64,000 nt of DNA, taken from Bacillota bacterium. GTDB taxonomy: Bacteria; Bacillota; Clostridia; Ch29. This document shows positions 16,741 through 26,656 of the stretch, piece after piece (the first letter of the stretch is position 1; the number at the start of each line of letters is the position of its first letter). The position numbers and the translations under genes are program-made. Location: the NCBI GenBank assembly GCA_013540605.1, contig JABVCK010000007.1, positions 27,231 through 91,230 on the forward strand, written 5' to 3'. The notes under the pieces were generated by a model. It was not told the DNA's origin, made no database searches, and worked only from the letters and a program-made list of their open reading frames with translations.

Positions 16741-17928
16741 CTATATTACTTTCATTTCTTCTCCAACTTTTCTGAATACTTCTACTGCCCTGTCAAGCTG
16801 CTCCTTTGTATGCCCCGCGGTCACTATAGTCCTAACCCTCGCGGTACCCTTTGGAACCGTCGGGTATGCAATGCCCTGGGCAAACACCCCCTCTTCGAAC
16901 AGCTTGTCGCTGAATTTCATGGCCTTGGCCTCTTCCCCGATTATCACCGGAGTTATTGGCGTCTCGCTCTTACCCGTATTGAAACCGAGGTCCTTCATCT
17001 TAGCCTTGAAGTACTTTGCATTCTCCCAGAGCCTTTCGGTATATTCCGTGGATTCCATCAACATCTTAACCGCTTCAATTATAGCGCCCACCACCGCCGG
17101 CGGTTGGGCTGTGCTGAACAGGAAAGGCCTTCCCCTATGCTTAAGCCAGTCGACCAATACCTGCCTGCCGGCAACGTATCCTCCCATTACTCCGATTGCC
17201 TTGGAGAGGGTACCGATGGTAAAATCAACCCTGCCGTGAAGTCCAAAGTGGTCCACCGTACCCCTTCCGCTTTGCCCGAGCACACCGCTGGCATGGGCAT
17301 CGTCAATGTAGGTCATGCAGTCATATCTTTCCGCAAGCCCTACAATATCCGGAAGTTTAGCTATATCCCCATCCATGCTGAACACACCGTCGGTGATTAT
17401 CATTCGGTTCCTGTATTTATGGACGTTTTCCTTCAATACCCTCTCCAGGTCATTCATATCCGAATGCTTATACCTGACTGTATCTGCCTTCGAAAGCCTG
17501 CACCCGTCTATGATGCTTGCGTGGTTTAACTCGTCGGATATTATAAGGTCGCCCTCCTCCATGACCGCAGGGATTGTTCCTGAATTACACGTTAAGCCCG
17601 ACTGAAACACAATCACGGCTTCCTCCCTCTTAAATTCCGCCAGAATCCTCTCCAGCTCGTTATGTATATCCATGGTGCCGATGATTGTCCTGACAGCCCC
17701 TGCACCGGCACCGTACTTTTCAACCGCATCTATTGCCGCCCTTTTAAGTCTGGGGTGATTGGCAAATCCAAGATAATTATTTGATGACAGGTTGACGACC
17801 TCTTTTCCATTGATTACGGATACGGCTCCGGAAGGCCCCTGCAATTCAGGAAGCCTTCGGTATACTCCCTGTTCCTTCAGCTCATTTATCTTTTCTTTTA
17901 AGAATTCCAACTCGTGCACACTAGCCAT
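16741..17928 (-). CDS. kbl: Glycine C-acetyltransferase (2-amino-3-ketobutyrate CoA ligase)
   Basis: The ATG at 17928 follows AAGGAGGA (the ORF track starts at 17988). PLP-dependent alpha-oxoamine synthase motifs (DDAHASG, GTLSKA). Lies directly downstream of tdh. Confidence 0.88.
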   Translation of the reverse strand: MASVHELEFLKEKINELKEQGVYRRLPELQGPSGAVSVINGKEVVNLSSNNYLGFANHPRLKRAAIDAVEKYGAGAGAVRTIIGTMDIHNELERILAEFKREEAVIVFQSGLTCNSGTIPAVMEEGDLIISDELNHASIIDGCRLSKADTVRYKHSDMNDLERVLKENVHKYRNRMIITDGVFSMDGDIAKLPDIVGLAERYDCMTYIDDAHASGVLGQSGRGTVDHFGLHGRVDFTIGTLSKAIGVMGGYVAGRQVLVDWLKHRGRPFLFSTAQPPAVVGAIIEAVKMLMESTEYTERLWENAKYFKAKMKDLGFNTGKSETPITPVIIGEEAKAMKFSDKLFEEGVFAQGIAYPTVPKGTARVRTIVTAGHTKEQLDRAVEVFRKVGEEMKVI

Positions 17929-17960
17929 TAACCATTCCTCCTTTAATTGTGGTTCCCAAT

Positions 17961-19001
17961 TTATGGATATAGAATTACCTTGCCGCAATCGCCTGAATCC
18001 ATAAGCTCCATACCCTTTTTAAAATCCTCCAGGGGAAGCCTGTGGGTTATTACCGGCTGCAGGTCCATTCTTCCTGATTCAAGCAAACCCTTAACCTGGA
18101 ACCATGTATCATACATCAGCCTTCCCGTTATGCCTTTAACCGTCACGCCTTTAAAAATTAGTTTTTCACTGATGTCCAGTTCAACGGGTTTTGCCGGAAG
18201 TCCCAGAAGGGATATCCTTCCTCCCTGCTTAACCATGTCAAAGGCCTGGCTAATAGCCTTAGGGTTACCCGACATCTCGGCAACAACATCAACCCCGTAG
18301 CCGCCGGTTGCCTCAAGGATGCCCTTCACCGCATCTTCCCTAGCCGGATTGAACACTCTTTCCGCTCCCATTTTCATGGCCAGTTCAGCCCTGTACCCGT
18401 TAATCTCTGTGGCATAAACCGCGGCCGCTCCAACGGCCTTTGCTACTGCAATAGCCATCAGTCCTATGGGTCCACAGCCTGTTACAGCCACCGTACGTCC
18501 TGCTATGTCGCCAGATAGCACAGTATGAACGGCGTTCCCTAAAGGCTCCTGGATTGACGCGAGTTCCGGCGGGATATTTTTTCCATTAATCCATGCGTTA
18601 GCTTCGGGTATTACTACATATTCCGCAAAGGCGCCGTTGATATCCACCCCAAGAATGGTGGTGTTTTTACATACGTGTCCCTTTCCGGTCAGGCACAATG
18701 GACACCTGCCGCAAACAACATGGGTTTCTGCGGAAACCAAATCTCCCACTTTTATTGATTCGGTACCATCTCCCAGCTCTACAACCTCACCATAGAACTC
18801 ATGTCCCATAATCTTCGGCGGTTTTATCCTTCCCTGCGCCCATTCATTCCAGATGTAAATGTGATGGTCCGTTCCGCATATGGAAGCTGAGTGGACATTC
18901 ACAAGCACCTCCCCGGGACCCGGAGATGGTATATCAACCATAACCAGCTCTGCTCCCGGTGCGGACGTCTGCTTCACCACCGCTTTCATTTTTCCTTTCA
19001 T
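17961..19001 (-). CDS. tdh: L-threonine 3-dehydrogenase (Zn-dependent MDR family)
   Basis: 346 aa. GHEFYGEV zinc motif, CGRCPLC structural zinc site and GCGPIG Rossmann motif. Paired with kbl. Confidence 0.85.
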   Translation of the reverse strand: MKGKMKAVVKQTSAPGAELVMVDIPSPGPGEVLVNVHSASICGTDHHIYIWNEWAQGRIKPPKIMGHEFYGEVVELGDGTESIKVGDLVSAETHVVCGRCPLCLTGKGHVCKNTTILGVDINGAFAEYVVIPEANAWINGKNIPPELASIQEPLGNAVHTVLSGDIAGRTVAVTGCGPIGLMAIAVAKAVGAAAVYATEINGYRAELAMKMGAERVFNPAREDAVKGILEATGGYGVDVVAEMSGNPKAISQAFDMVKQGGRISLLGLPAKPVELDISEKLIFKGVTVKGITGRLMYDTWFQVKGLLESGRMDLQPVITHRLPLEDFKKGMELMDSGDCGKVILYP

Positions 19002-19178
19002 ATGATTTCCCCCTCCAAGTTTAAGGTTACAAACTGTAAATTCCCTCCAACTATATAATATACTATAGTGTAATCCATTTTCCTACGCAAAATCATCTCA
19101 CCTTTTATTTTTTTTATTTTTGTTTTAAAATATAATATTAAGTGGATATACTATCCTTGATATTTGGAGGCGTATAAA

Positions 19179-20354
19179 ATGGATAACAACGAATTCTTAA
19201 ACAGCAACCTTGATAATAGCCAGGCCTATAAGCACCACCGGCGGCCTCCGGGTCCCTTCAGAGGATTCTTTTATGCCCTTGTAGGGGCTATAATCGGCGG
19301 TCTGCTGGTATCGCTGCTCCTGCCCCAGATGATTGAAAATAAGCTGATAAGCCTGCCAAACGGCCAGCAGAACATTGTAATAGAGCCGCGTACCGAAGAC
19401 CTGACAGTGATACCTGCGGTTGCCCAGAAGGCTGCCCCAACGGTTGTGGGGGTAACAACGGTCACAATACAGCGGGATATGTTTTTTGGTATCCTCCGGG
19501 AAGGTCAGGGAGTTGGTTCAGGGATAATTGTGCATTCTGACGGTTATATACTTACCAACGACCACGTTGTAAACAGTGGAAAGGCCGAGAAAATAAACGT
19601 CCTTTTCAGCGACGGCACCGAAAAACCGGCCAAAGTCCTGTGGACAAATAATGTACTGGACCTCGCCGTTTTAAAGGTTGACGCAAAAAACCTGCCCACA
19701 GCAGACCTGGGAGATAGTGACGAGCTTGCCGTGGGTGAAATGGCAATCGCGATCGGAAACCCTCTGGGATTGGATTTCCAGAGAAGTGTTACCTCCGGTA
19801 TAATCAGCGGCTTGCACAGGAGCATTCAGATATCAAACAATGTTACAATGGAGAACTTGATTCAAACGGACGCGTCCATCAACCCGGGCAACAGCGGGGG
19901 GCCGCTTCTCAACTCCAGGGGCGAGGTTATAGGAATTAATTCGGCCAAGGTTTCCTCAAGCGAAGCGGAGGGCTTAGGATTTGCAATACCGATAAACCAG
20001 GCCAAGCCTATAGTTGAGCAGATCATAGAAAAGGGTAAGTTCACCATGGTGTACCTTGGAATAACCGGGGTAGACGTGGAAACCATCAAGCAGCAGTACA
20101 ACACCGAACTCAGCGTCGATGAAGGAGTCTACGTATTTAAAGTGGAAAAGGGCTCCCCCGGTGAAGCAGCCGGTCTGGGTAACGGGGACATAATAACAGA
20201 GCTAAACGGAAAGAAAATAAGCGGTATGAGCCAGTTGATCAGGGAATTGTACAAGTATAAGCCCGGCGATGTGGTCAAGGTGAAAATATCAAGAGGGGAT
20301 GCCTTTAAAGAAGTGGATGTAAAGCTGGAGGCGCGGCCTGAAAACCTCCAGTAG
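19179..20354 (+). CDS. S1C (HtrA/DegP-like) serine protease with one PDZ domain
   Basis: The ATG at 19179 lies 8 nt after GGAGG (the ORF track starts at TTG 19164). TM anchor, catalytic TNDHV ... D ... GNSGGPL triad and a C-terminal PDZ domain. Confidence 0.88.
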   Translation: MDNNEFLNSNLDNSQAYKHHRRPPGPFRGFFYALVGAIIGGLLVSLLLPQMIENKLISLPNGQQNIVIEPRTEDLTVIPAVAQKAAPTVVGVTTVTIQRDMFFGILREGQGVGSGIIVHSDGYILTNDHVVNSGKAEKINVLFSDGTEKPAKVLWTNNVLDLAVLKVDAKNLPTADLGDSDELAVGEMAIAIGNPLGLDFQRSVTSGIISGLHRSIQISNNVTMENLIQTDASINPGNSGGPLLNSRGEVIGINSAKVSSSEAEGLGFAIPINQAKPIVEQIIEKGKFTMVYLGITGVDVETIKQQYNTELSVDEGVYVFKVEKGSPGEAAGLGNGDIITELNGKKISGMSQLIRELYKYKPGDVVKVKISRGDAFKEVDVKLEARPENLQ

Positions 20355-20479
20355 CAGCTTGTAGTTCGTAGAATATAGATCTCAGTTGGCAGATCGCAGT
20401 TCGCAGGATTTTTAACTGACATCTGATAACTGATCACTGGCAACTGGCAACTGATAGCTGAACACTGTCCACTGGCAAA
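20352..20479. repeat. Heptad array C, about 17 units with one -1 register slip
   Basis: Begins at the htrA TAG stop. Reads TAGTTCG TAGAATA TAGATCT CAGTTGG CAGATCG CAGTTCG CAGGATT ... TGATAAC TGATCAC TGGCAAC TGGCAAC TGATAGC TGAACAC TGTCCAC. Confidence 0.9.
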
Positions 20480-20485
20480 GATTTA

Positions 20486-20507
20486 AGCCGGTCCTGACGG
20501 ACCGGCT
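20486..20507. terminator. Hairpin terminator between convergent htrA-like and B3/4 genes
   Basis: AGCCGGTCC(tgac)GGACCGGCT is a 9-bp GC-rich stem. T-tracts are weak on both sides. Confidence 0.55.
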
Positions 20508-20517
20508 GTAACTTTGA

Positions 20518-21219
20518 TTATATGTTAATCTCCATATTTCGGCTGTCAACGAAATGCTTTTCCACCTTACATTTAAAATATTTCTCCAGAAAACTTGCCA
20601 GCCTGTTCCTTGCTTCCAAAACCCTGTCGCAGTTTTCTCCCCTGAACCCGTCTATCGGGAAGAAAATGTTCCGGCTTTCTTCGGTTATTTTACCCCTGTC
20701 ACTCTGCCGCCAAATCCACCTTCTTGTTCTGACCCGTTTGCTGTCTGCATAAACCAGTTCGCCAACGTCGACCTGCTCTTCTTCTTCTGTTCCCAACGGA
20801 ATGAAAGTATCGCCTTCTACCGCCAGTCTTACCTCAATATTTCCTTCCAGGGCATCCATGTCATGGGCTCCCATGGGCAGTAAATACGTCAATGACATAG
20901 CATTACACAGGTCAACAACACCGTTTATGGAAGGCAGATCATTTCCTTTAGCTACCCTTTTCACCATCGCCTCGATCGAGCTTGGATATTTGTTGGGATT
21001 AAATCCGAGCTCGCTGAAGGCGTTCCTGTAGGGCACAATGCTTCTGTGGACTTTTATATCATTCCCGTTTATTTCGGCCCTGATGCTTTCGCATGCTCTC
21101 TCAAGCAATTCTTGTATTTCGGCTATCTTCTTTTTATTGTTTATGCCGTACCCAACAACTACCCCGAAGCATGCATTTGGCAATTTTTCAAATACTTCTG
21201 GATATACAACGAACTTCAT
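20518..21219 (-). CDS. B3/B4 tRNA-binding-domain-like protein
   Basis: 233 aa. Resembles stand-alone B3/4 domain proteins (related to PheT B3/B4). N-terminus MKFVVYPEVFEKLPNACFGVVV. Confidence 0.65.
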   Translation of the reverse strand: MKFVVYPEVFEKLPNACFGVVVGYGINNKKKIAEIQELLERACESIRAEINGNDIKVHRSIVPYRNAFSELGFNPNKYPSSIEAMVKRVAKGNDLPSINGVVDLCNAMSLTYLLPMGAHDMDALEGNIEVRLAVEGDTFIPLGTEEEEQVDVGELVYADSKRVRTRRWIWRQSDRGKITEESRNIFFPIDGFRGENCDRVLEARNRLASFLEKYFKCKVEKHFVDSRNMEINI

Positions 21220-22098
21220 TTACTTAACCTCCTTCTTCTCAGTTGCAGTTATGAATATATACAGTCCTGCTATGATCACAGCGCCACCCACAGCCTGGAC
21301 AAGGGTGGGAAGTTCCCGCAGGACAAGTATTGCCAGTATTGTAGCTCCCACCGGTTCTCCCAGCATTGCAATAGAAACTACCGTGGCCTGAACATACTTC
21401 AATGCCCAGTTAAATATGCTGTGCCCCAACAAAGTAGGTACAATCGCCAGGGCAAGGTAAAGCGCAATATTCATCGGAGGACCCGGGCTTAACGGTGTTG
21501 ATGTTCCCAATGCAATCATCAGCAACACCAGGGTACAACTCCCATAAACGACAAAAGTGTACGGCGTCAGCGACATCCTCTGCCTCAAGCCTCTGCCGAT
21601 CAAAAAATAGCCCGCAATAAAGAATGCCCCGGCAAGGGCGAGAATATCCCCCAAAAATGCCTCACTGTTCAGCCGGAAATCCGAAATGCTTATAAAGATG
21701 CCGCCCGCAAGCGCCAGAAACGTACCGAACAGCGCCCTGTTGGAAACCCTCTCCCTGAAAAGAATATAGGAGCCTACAAGGACAAAAATGGAATGGGTGT
21801 TTACTAAAACCGTAGAACTCGAAACCGTAGTATACCAGAGTGAGGATATCCATGTGTAAAAATGCAGGGCAAGAAAAATTCCGCTAAGGGCTGCCGTCAT
21901 TAGATCCTTTTTGGTTAGAGCTTTGAGCTCATCCCTGTACTTCAGAAGGGTGGACGGAGTCAATAAAACAAAGGTTATTCCCAGCCTGTAAAGGGATATT
22001 ATAATGGGAGGCGCCTCCACAAGCCGTATCATTATGGACGCGCTTGACACGCCCAAAACCCCAAAAAGTACAACAAGATATGGATTTAGCGCCATCAT
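21220..22098 (-). CDS. DMT superfamily (EamA-like) transporter
   Basis: 292 aa, about 10 TM helices in two EamA-like halves. Confidence 0.8.
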   Translation of the reverse strand: MMALNPYLVVLFGVLGVSSASIMIRLVEAPPIIISLYRLGITFVLLTPSTLLKYRDELKALTKKDLMTAALSGIFLALHFYTWISSLWYTTVSSSTVLVNTHSIFVLVGSYILFRERVSNRALFGTFLALAGGIFISISDFRLNSEAFLGDILALAGAFFIAGYFLIGRGLRQRMSLTPYTFVVYGSCTLVLLMIALGTSTPLSPGPPMNIALYLALAIVPTLLGHSIFNWALKYVQATVVSIAMLGEPVGATILAILVLRELPTLVQAVGGAVIIAGLYIFITATEKKEVK

Positions 22099-23204
22099 GT
22101 TATCCTCCTTTCCCGAACCTCCTTCAGGGAGAGTTCCGCTTCTGATCTCACATCAGCATCCTTTTCACAATCAAGCATATTCTGAAGAATCCTGACCGCT
22201 CTGCTTCCGCCAATCCTCCCCACCGCCCACGCAGCATGCGCCCTTAGCATCGGTGAAGGGTGTTTCGATATACTTGCAAGGATGTCAAGCCCTTCCTCTT
22301 TTTTAAAATTGCCCAGGGCTATGACCGCATTTCTTTTTAGAACGTTCAGACCCCTCCATGCCAGGGACCTGGTGCCAAATTTTTTGTTGAATTCCCTTTT
22401 ATCCATCTGAAGCAATTCAATCAGATCTATAGCATTATCCCGATCCTTAAAGGATATAGTATCTCTATTATGGGGGCACGCCTGCTGGCACCTGTCACAG
22501 CCGTATATGCTTGTCCCCATTTTGGGCCTTAGTTCCCTGGGCACTATACCCCTCATTTGTGTCAGATAGGATATGCATTTTTTTGCGTTGAGAGTATACG
22601 GGGCTATCAGCGCCCCTGTAGGGCACGTATCTATGCATAGGGTACATGCGCCGCATTCTCCGGAGCCTGGCGTGTCCGGTTCAAGCTCGATATTGGTAAG
22701 CATCTCTCCCAACAGGATGCCGGAGCCGAACCCCGGACAGATAATCGAACAGTTTTTGCCATACCACCCGATACCGGCCCTGTAGGCAACCTCCCTGTCC
22801 ACCAAAGGCCCTGTATCCACCATTATACTATACCTGAAGCCTTTAATTCTACTTTTTATATATAACGCCAGCTGTTCAAGGCGGGATTCGATAACCCTGT
22901 GGTAGTCTTCTCCTACAGCAAACCCGGACAAAACGCCTTTGGGACAATCTCCTTGTTTTTCACATCCTCCTGGCGGGAACTTATAGGATAGCCCCACTGC
23001 GATTATGCTTTTAACATCTTCAAGATGGAGACCGGGGCATATCCTATCATCCCGGCTGCCTGGCTCCATTCCCGACAAGTACCCGCATCTCTCTCTTTCC
23101 TCAAGGATTTCCCTTATCCTTTCCAATTCACCGGCGTGGGTAAACCCTACCAAATCGAGACCTATTTCATTCGCTGTTTTTCGTATCTCTTCCCTGGTAA
23201 TCAT
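22095..23204 (-). CDS. queG: tRNA epoxyqueuosine(34) reductase
   Basis: 369 aa. Two 4Fe-4S motifs (CGACTLCIDTCP, CDRCQQACP) and C-terminal HEAT-like repeats, as in QueG. 4-nt overlap with the downstream gene. Confidence 0.85.
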   Translation of the reverse strand: MITREEIRKTANEIGLDLVGFTHAGELERIREILEERERCGYLSGMEPGSRDDRICPGLHLEDVKSIIAVGLSYKFPPGGCEKQGDCPKGVLSGFAVGEDYHRVIESRLEQLALYIKSRIKGFRYSIMVDTGPLVDREVAYRAGIGWYGKNCSIICPGFGSGILLGEMLTNIELEPDTPGSGECGACTLCIDTCPTGALIAPYTLNAKKCISYLTQMRGIVPRELRPKMGTSIYGCDRCQQACPHNRDTISFKDRDNAIDLIELLQMDKREFNKKFGTRSLAWRGLNVLKRNAVIALGNFKKEEGLDILASISKHPSPMLRAHAAWAVGRIGGSRAVRILQNMLDCEKDADVRSEAELSLKEVRERRIT

Positions 23205-23336
23205 ATATACCCATTACCTCCGCTGCCAAACGCTGTCCTAGAGTTATAGTTATATTATAACATTTCCTTATCTCTTCCAAAACTTTAAACTAACTTCTGT
23301 ATCTTTTGCGGCCTCATATGGTGTAAAATAGTAATA

Positions 23337-23480
23337 TAGTTCGTAGATCACAGATCGCAGGTCGCAGGTGCAAGATCACAGATCACAGGTACTAGATTAT
23401 AGTTCGTAGTTCGTAGTTCGTAGTTGGCTGCTGGCAACCTAGAACTGATAACTGGGAACTGACAACTGAGAACTGATATG
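23337..23480. repeat. Heptad array D, 20 units in perfect register
   Basis: TAGTTCG TAGATCA CAGATCG CAGGTCG CAGGTGC AAGATCA CAGATCA CAGGTAC TAGATTA TAGTTCG x3 TAGTTGG, then TGGCAAC CTAGAAC TGATAAC TGGGAAC TGACAAC TGAGAAC. Ends 10 nt before the AGGAGG RBS of the next gene. Confidence 0.95.
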
Positions 23481-23506
23481 ACATTAAAAAAGGAGGTTTG
23501 AATCTT

Positions 23507-24673
23507 ATGAAGTTTTCGAGTAAAATGGACAAACTGGGTTCGGCAATATTTGCTGAGCTTAAGGCCAGAAAGGACGCCTTAACCGCGCGCGGCATAAGTC
23601 CCATAGACCTGAGCGTGGGCTCACCGGACCGCCCTCCGGCGCCGCATATTCTGCAAGCGCTAAAGGAAGAAGTGGCTGACCCGGGCAATTATGTCTATGC
23701 CATAAGCGATCTTCCTGAACTCCTCGAAGCGGTGAAGGGATGGTATAAAGTGAGATTCGGCGTGGAGCTTGACCCGGCTGCGGAGATCACTTCACTGATA
23801 GGATCCCAGGACGGTCTGGCCCATATCTCCCTTACCATTGTTGACCCCGGCGATGTAGTCCTGGTTCCCGATCCCGGCTACCCGATTTTCAGCGCAGGTC
23901 CTGCCATAGCGGGCGCAGAGCTTGTGAAGATGCCTATGCTTGAAGAAAATGGTTTTCTGATCGACTTCGATTCCATAGACCCTGCCGATGCAAAAAGGGC
24001 AAAGTTTATGATCGTATCCTACCCGAATAATCCGGTTACAGCCCTTGCCACCGATGAGTTTTACCGGGACCTGATTGATTTCGCCAAAAAATACGATATT
24101 GTTGTGCTGCATGACAACGCCTACTGCGAGCTGGTCTTTGACGGTTACAGGGTTGGGAGTTTCCTGTCCTATCCGGGGGCCATGGATGTTGGAGTAGAAT
24201 TCAATTCTCTGTCAAAAACTTACAATATGGCAGGATGCAGAATAGGCTTCGCCATTGGCAACAGGGAGGTTATTAAAAACCTCAAGATAATGAAATCAAA
24301 TATAGATTACGGCATATTTTTGCCCATACAGAAGGCAGGTATTGCCGCGCTGACCGGCCCCCAGGACACAGTGAGAGAAACAGCTTTAGCTTACCAGAAC
24401 AGGCGGGATGTACTTATCAACGGATTGAACGAAATAGGATGGCCGATTGAAAAACCCAGGGCAACCATGTTTGTATGGGCAAAAATCCCTGAGAAGTTCG
24501 ATAGTTCCATGAACTTCGTACTTCAGTTGATAGAGAATACCGGAGTACTGGTGACACCGGGAATTAGTTTCGGAGACAGGGGTGAAGGTTTTGTCCGTAT
24601 GGCCCTTGTTCAGAACGAAGACCTTATGAGGGAAGCCATAGACAGAATCGATGCCAGCGGGATACTGAGGTAA
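23507..24673 (+). CDS. Class I/II PLP-dependent aminotransferase
   Basis: The ATG at 23507 follows AAGGAGG (the ORF track starts at TTG 23498). SLSKTYNMAGCRIG PLP-lysine motif and NPTG-like YPNNPV segment. Confidence 0.85.
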   Translation: MKFSSKMDKLGSAIFAELKARKDALTARGISPIDLSVGSPDRPPAPHILQALKEEVADPGNYVYAISDLPELLEAVKGWYKVRFGVELDPAAEITSLIGSQDGLAHISLTIVDPGDVVLVPDPGYPIFSAGPAIAGAELVKMPMLEENGFLIDFDSIDPADAKRAKFMIVSYPNNPVTALATDEFYRDLIDFAKKYDIVVLHDNAYCELVFDGYRVGSFLSYPGAMDVGVEFNSLSKTYNMAGCRIGFAIGNREVIKNLKIMKSNIDYGIFLPIQKAGIAALTGPQDTVRETALAYQNRRDVLINGLNEIGWPIEKPRATMFVWAKIPEKFDSSMNFVLQLIENTGVLVTPGISFGDRGEGFVRMALVQNEDLMREAIDRIDASGILR

Positions 24674-24694
24674 ATGTAAAGGGCACGTCTCAGC

Positions 24695-25618
24695 TCATGC
24701 AATAACCTCCAGGGCATGGGGAACAACCTCTATATCCAGCGGAGGTTTTGGTCCCGCCTCCCCATCTAAGTCGGTAGCGGAACAGCCTTCACATCCTATA
24801 GTCAGTTTTTCCGTTTGGAAGTAGTAGATATTTGGATCAGAAATATGTACACCCATTAAAAACTTTATCAGCATGGGCAGAAGCTCTGCAAGGTTGCAAA
24901 ACTTGAGTGCAATGACATCAAATTTGCCATCGTTCACAATTGCGCCGGGCGCTGCCCTGTTAAACCCCCCTACCGAATTGCTGTTAAGAACTGCCACAAA
25001 AAGCATCTGATCGGAAATAACGCCTCCCTTGTAGGCTATATCCATTTTGATGGGTCGGAAGTGCGGGAGTTCCTCTATACCTTTAAGATAGTAAGCCGCC
25101 CTCCCCAGGACGTTCTTGTAGTTAATCTTTGTTTTATAGGGTACATCGGTAAAAAACCCAAGGCTCGCAGTGTTTATAAAGTACCTGTCTCCAACCCTGC
25201 CGACATCAACCATGCTCCTGATTTTACCCAACAGCAGGTCGCAGCACTGCTCAATATCCGCCGGTATCCCAAGGGCCTGGGCAAAATCATTTACTGTTCC
25301 AGCCGGTATGATGCCCAGCGGAAGCTTAACCTTCCTGTCCATCATGCACTGCACCACCCGGTGCACCGTACCGTCACCACCGGCCGCAATTATGCTGTGG
25401 TAATCGCCCGGATTATCTGTTATATCCCGGAAGGCGTCATCCACTGCCTCACCGGACATTCTATAGGGTACAATCTGCAGCCCCTTTTTTTGATACCTCT
25501 CGATTATATAGTCAATCTTGTTCCTGATACCCCTATCACCGGCCACAGGGTTATAGATTAGACCTACCTTTTTTCTATATGTCCCAATACAATCACTCCT
25601 TTTTCCAGCTTTGTTCAA
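24695..25618 (-). CDS. Diacylglycerol/lipid kinase family protein (YegS/BmrU type)
   Basis: 307 aa. NPVAG ... AAGGDGTV motif of the DAGK catalytic domain. Start codon uncertain. Confidence 0.8.
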   Translation of the reverse strand: MNKAGKRSDCIGTYRKKVGLIYNPVAGDRGIRNKIDYIIERYQKKGLQIVPYRMSGEAVDDAFRDITDNPGDYHSIIAAGGDGTVHRVVQCMMDRKVKLPLGIIPAGTVNDFAQALGIPADIEQCCDLLLGKIRSMVDVGRVGDRYFINTASLGFFTDVPYKTKINYKNVLGRAAYYLKGIEELPHFRPIKMDIAYKGGVISDQMLFVAVLNSNSVGGFNRAAPGAIVNDGKFDVIALKFCNLAELLPMLIKFLMGVHISDPNIYYFQTEKLTIGCEGCSATDLDGEAGPKPPLDIEVVPHALEVIA

Positions 25619-25626
25619 AACGACGG

Positions 25627-26643
25627 TTATCTCTCAGGAGGTACCAGTGTTTCCACATCAACCATCCATAAACCCTTGCCCGAAGCCGCAACATACAGCT
25701 TTTTGCCATCACTGCTGTAATTCAGGTCTATAATTCTAGCATCCGCCATCTGCTCAACCTCTATCCATTTTTTACCCCCGTCAAAGGTATAATAAAGACC
25801 GCCCGTACCCGATGGATAATCCCACATGCCCAGAGCCCATTCATCCGGATTTGATGGATTAAACTCCAGACGAGTTATACCTCCCGGAAGGCGAAATTCC
25901 TGTTTGGGACCTATCCTTCCCTGATGATCGGCAGGCACCACGCCACGGGCATATGCCAGATAAGCTATTTCCGGCCGGAGCGGGTGTATCAGCACTCCAT
26001 AGTTTGCCCCTGTGTCAAGCTTGGTCCAGTTTACCCCGCCATCCCTTGACATGTATGTCAGCTTATCCACAATGTATATTACCTCCCGTTGTTCGGGATG
26101 GACCGCAATACCCCTTACGGTAATATCGGTCATCTTGTCCCAGGTAATACCCCCATCGCTGCTTTTCCACAGGCCTCCGCCCTCTTTGGCCGATTGTCCC
26201 ATCCATAGCTCACTCTTATCGGTACTGCCTGTAATAAAATCGATCGCGTCTTCAAGGGTTTTTGCGCTCCCCTCTATCCATCTGTCAGAACCATCAGGCA
26301 GTATGTGCACAGAGCCCTTGTCGGTACCTGCAACCACAGTTACCCCTTCAGTTCCCTCCAGCAGATAATAAGCTGTGATGGTACGGTCGAAGTCAATCCT
26401 TTTCCAGTTTCTTTCTTCCATGACATACAGGCTTCCCTCCGACAGGGAATAAATATCTCCCCTGCTGGATACCTTCACGCCCTCCACATCACTATCCTTA
26501 AAACCCAACTGGCCTCCCCGTCCTTTTTTATCAGCAGTATTTCCTTTACCTGGGGGCTGCGGCATATCATCCTGCGTGTGGCATCCTATGATCGAGAAAA
26601 TCATGGCTCCTATCAGTATTATTGTTATAGTTTTTTTCCCCAT
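25627..26643 (-). CDS. Lipoprotein with BNR/Ycf48-like beta-propeller repeats
   Basis: The ATG at 26643 follows GAGGTGA. Lipobox IIGC. Repeated S.DGG..W motifs (SSDGGITW, SRDGGVNW, TFDGGKKW). Confidence 0.7.
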   Translation of the reverse strand: MGKKTITIILIGAMIFSIIGCHTQDDMPQPPGKGNTADKKGRGGQLGFKDSDVEGVKVSSRGDIYSLSEGSLYVMEERNWKRIDFDRTITAYYLLEGTEGVTVVAGTDKGSVHILPDGSDRWIEGSAKTLEDAIDFITGSTDKSELWMGQSAKEGGGLWKSSDGGITWDKMTDITVRGIAVHPEQREVIYIVDKLTYMSRDGGVNWTKLDTGANYGVLIHPLRPEIAYLAYARGVVPADHQGRIGPKQEFRLPGGITRLEFNPSNPDEWALGMWDYPSGTGGLYYTFDGGKKWIEVEQMADARIIDLNYSSDGKKLYVAASGKGLWMVDVETLVPPER

Positions 26644-26656
26644 GACCTTAATCACC

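Noticed and set aside
16544-17529. Plus-strand ORFs of 231 and 239 aa.
   Set aside because: They are antisense to kbl and the DUF503 gene, with Ser/Pro/Leu-rich composition typical of shadow frames. The same applies to the many other 60-200 aa ORFs antisense to the ABC, recD2, FtsA-like and nad genes.
23392-23688. A 98-aa minus-strand ORF across heptad array D.
   Set aside because: It is antisense to the 5' end of the aminotransferase gene and runs through the repeat array. It has a low-complexity N-terminus and no RBS.
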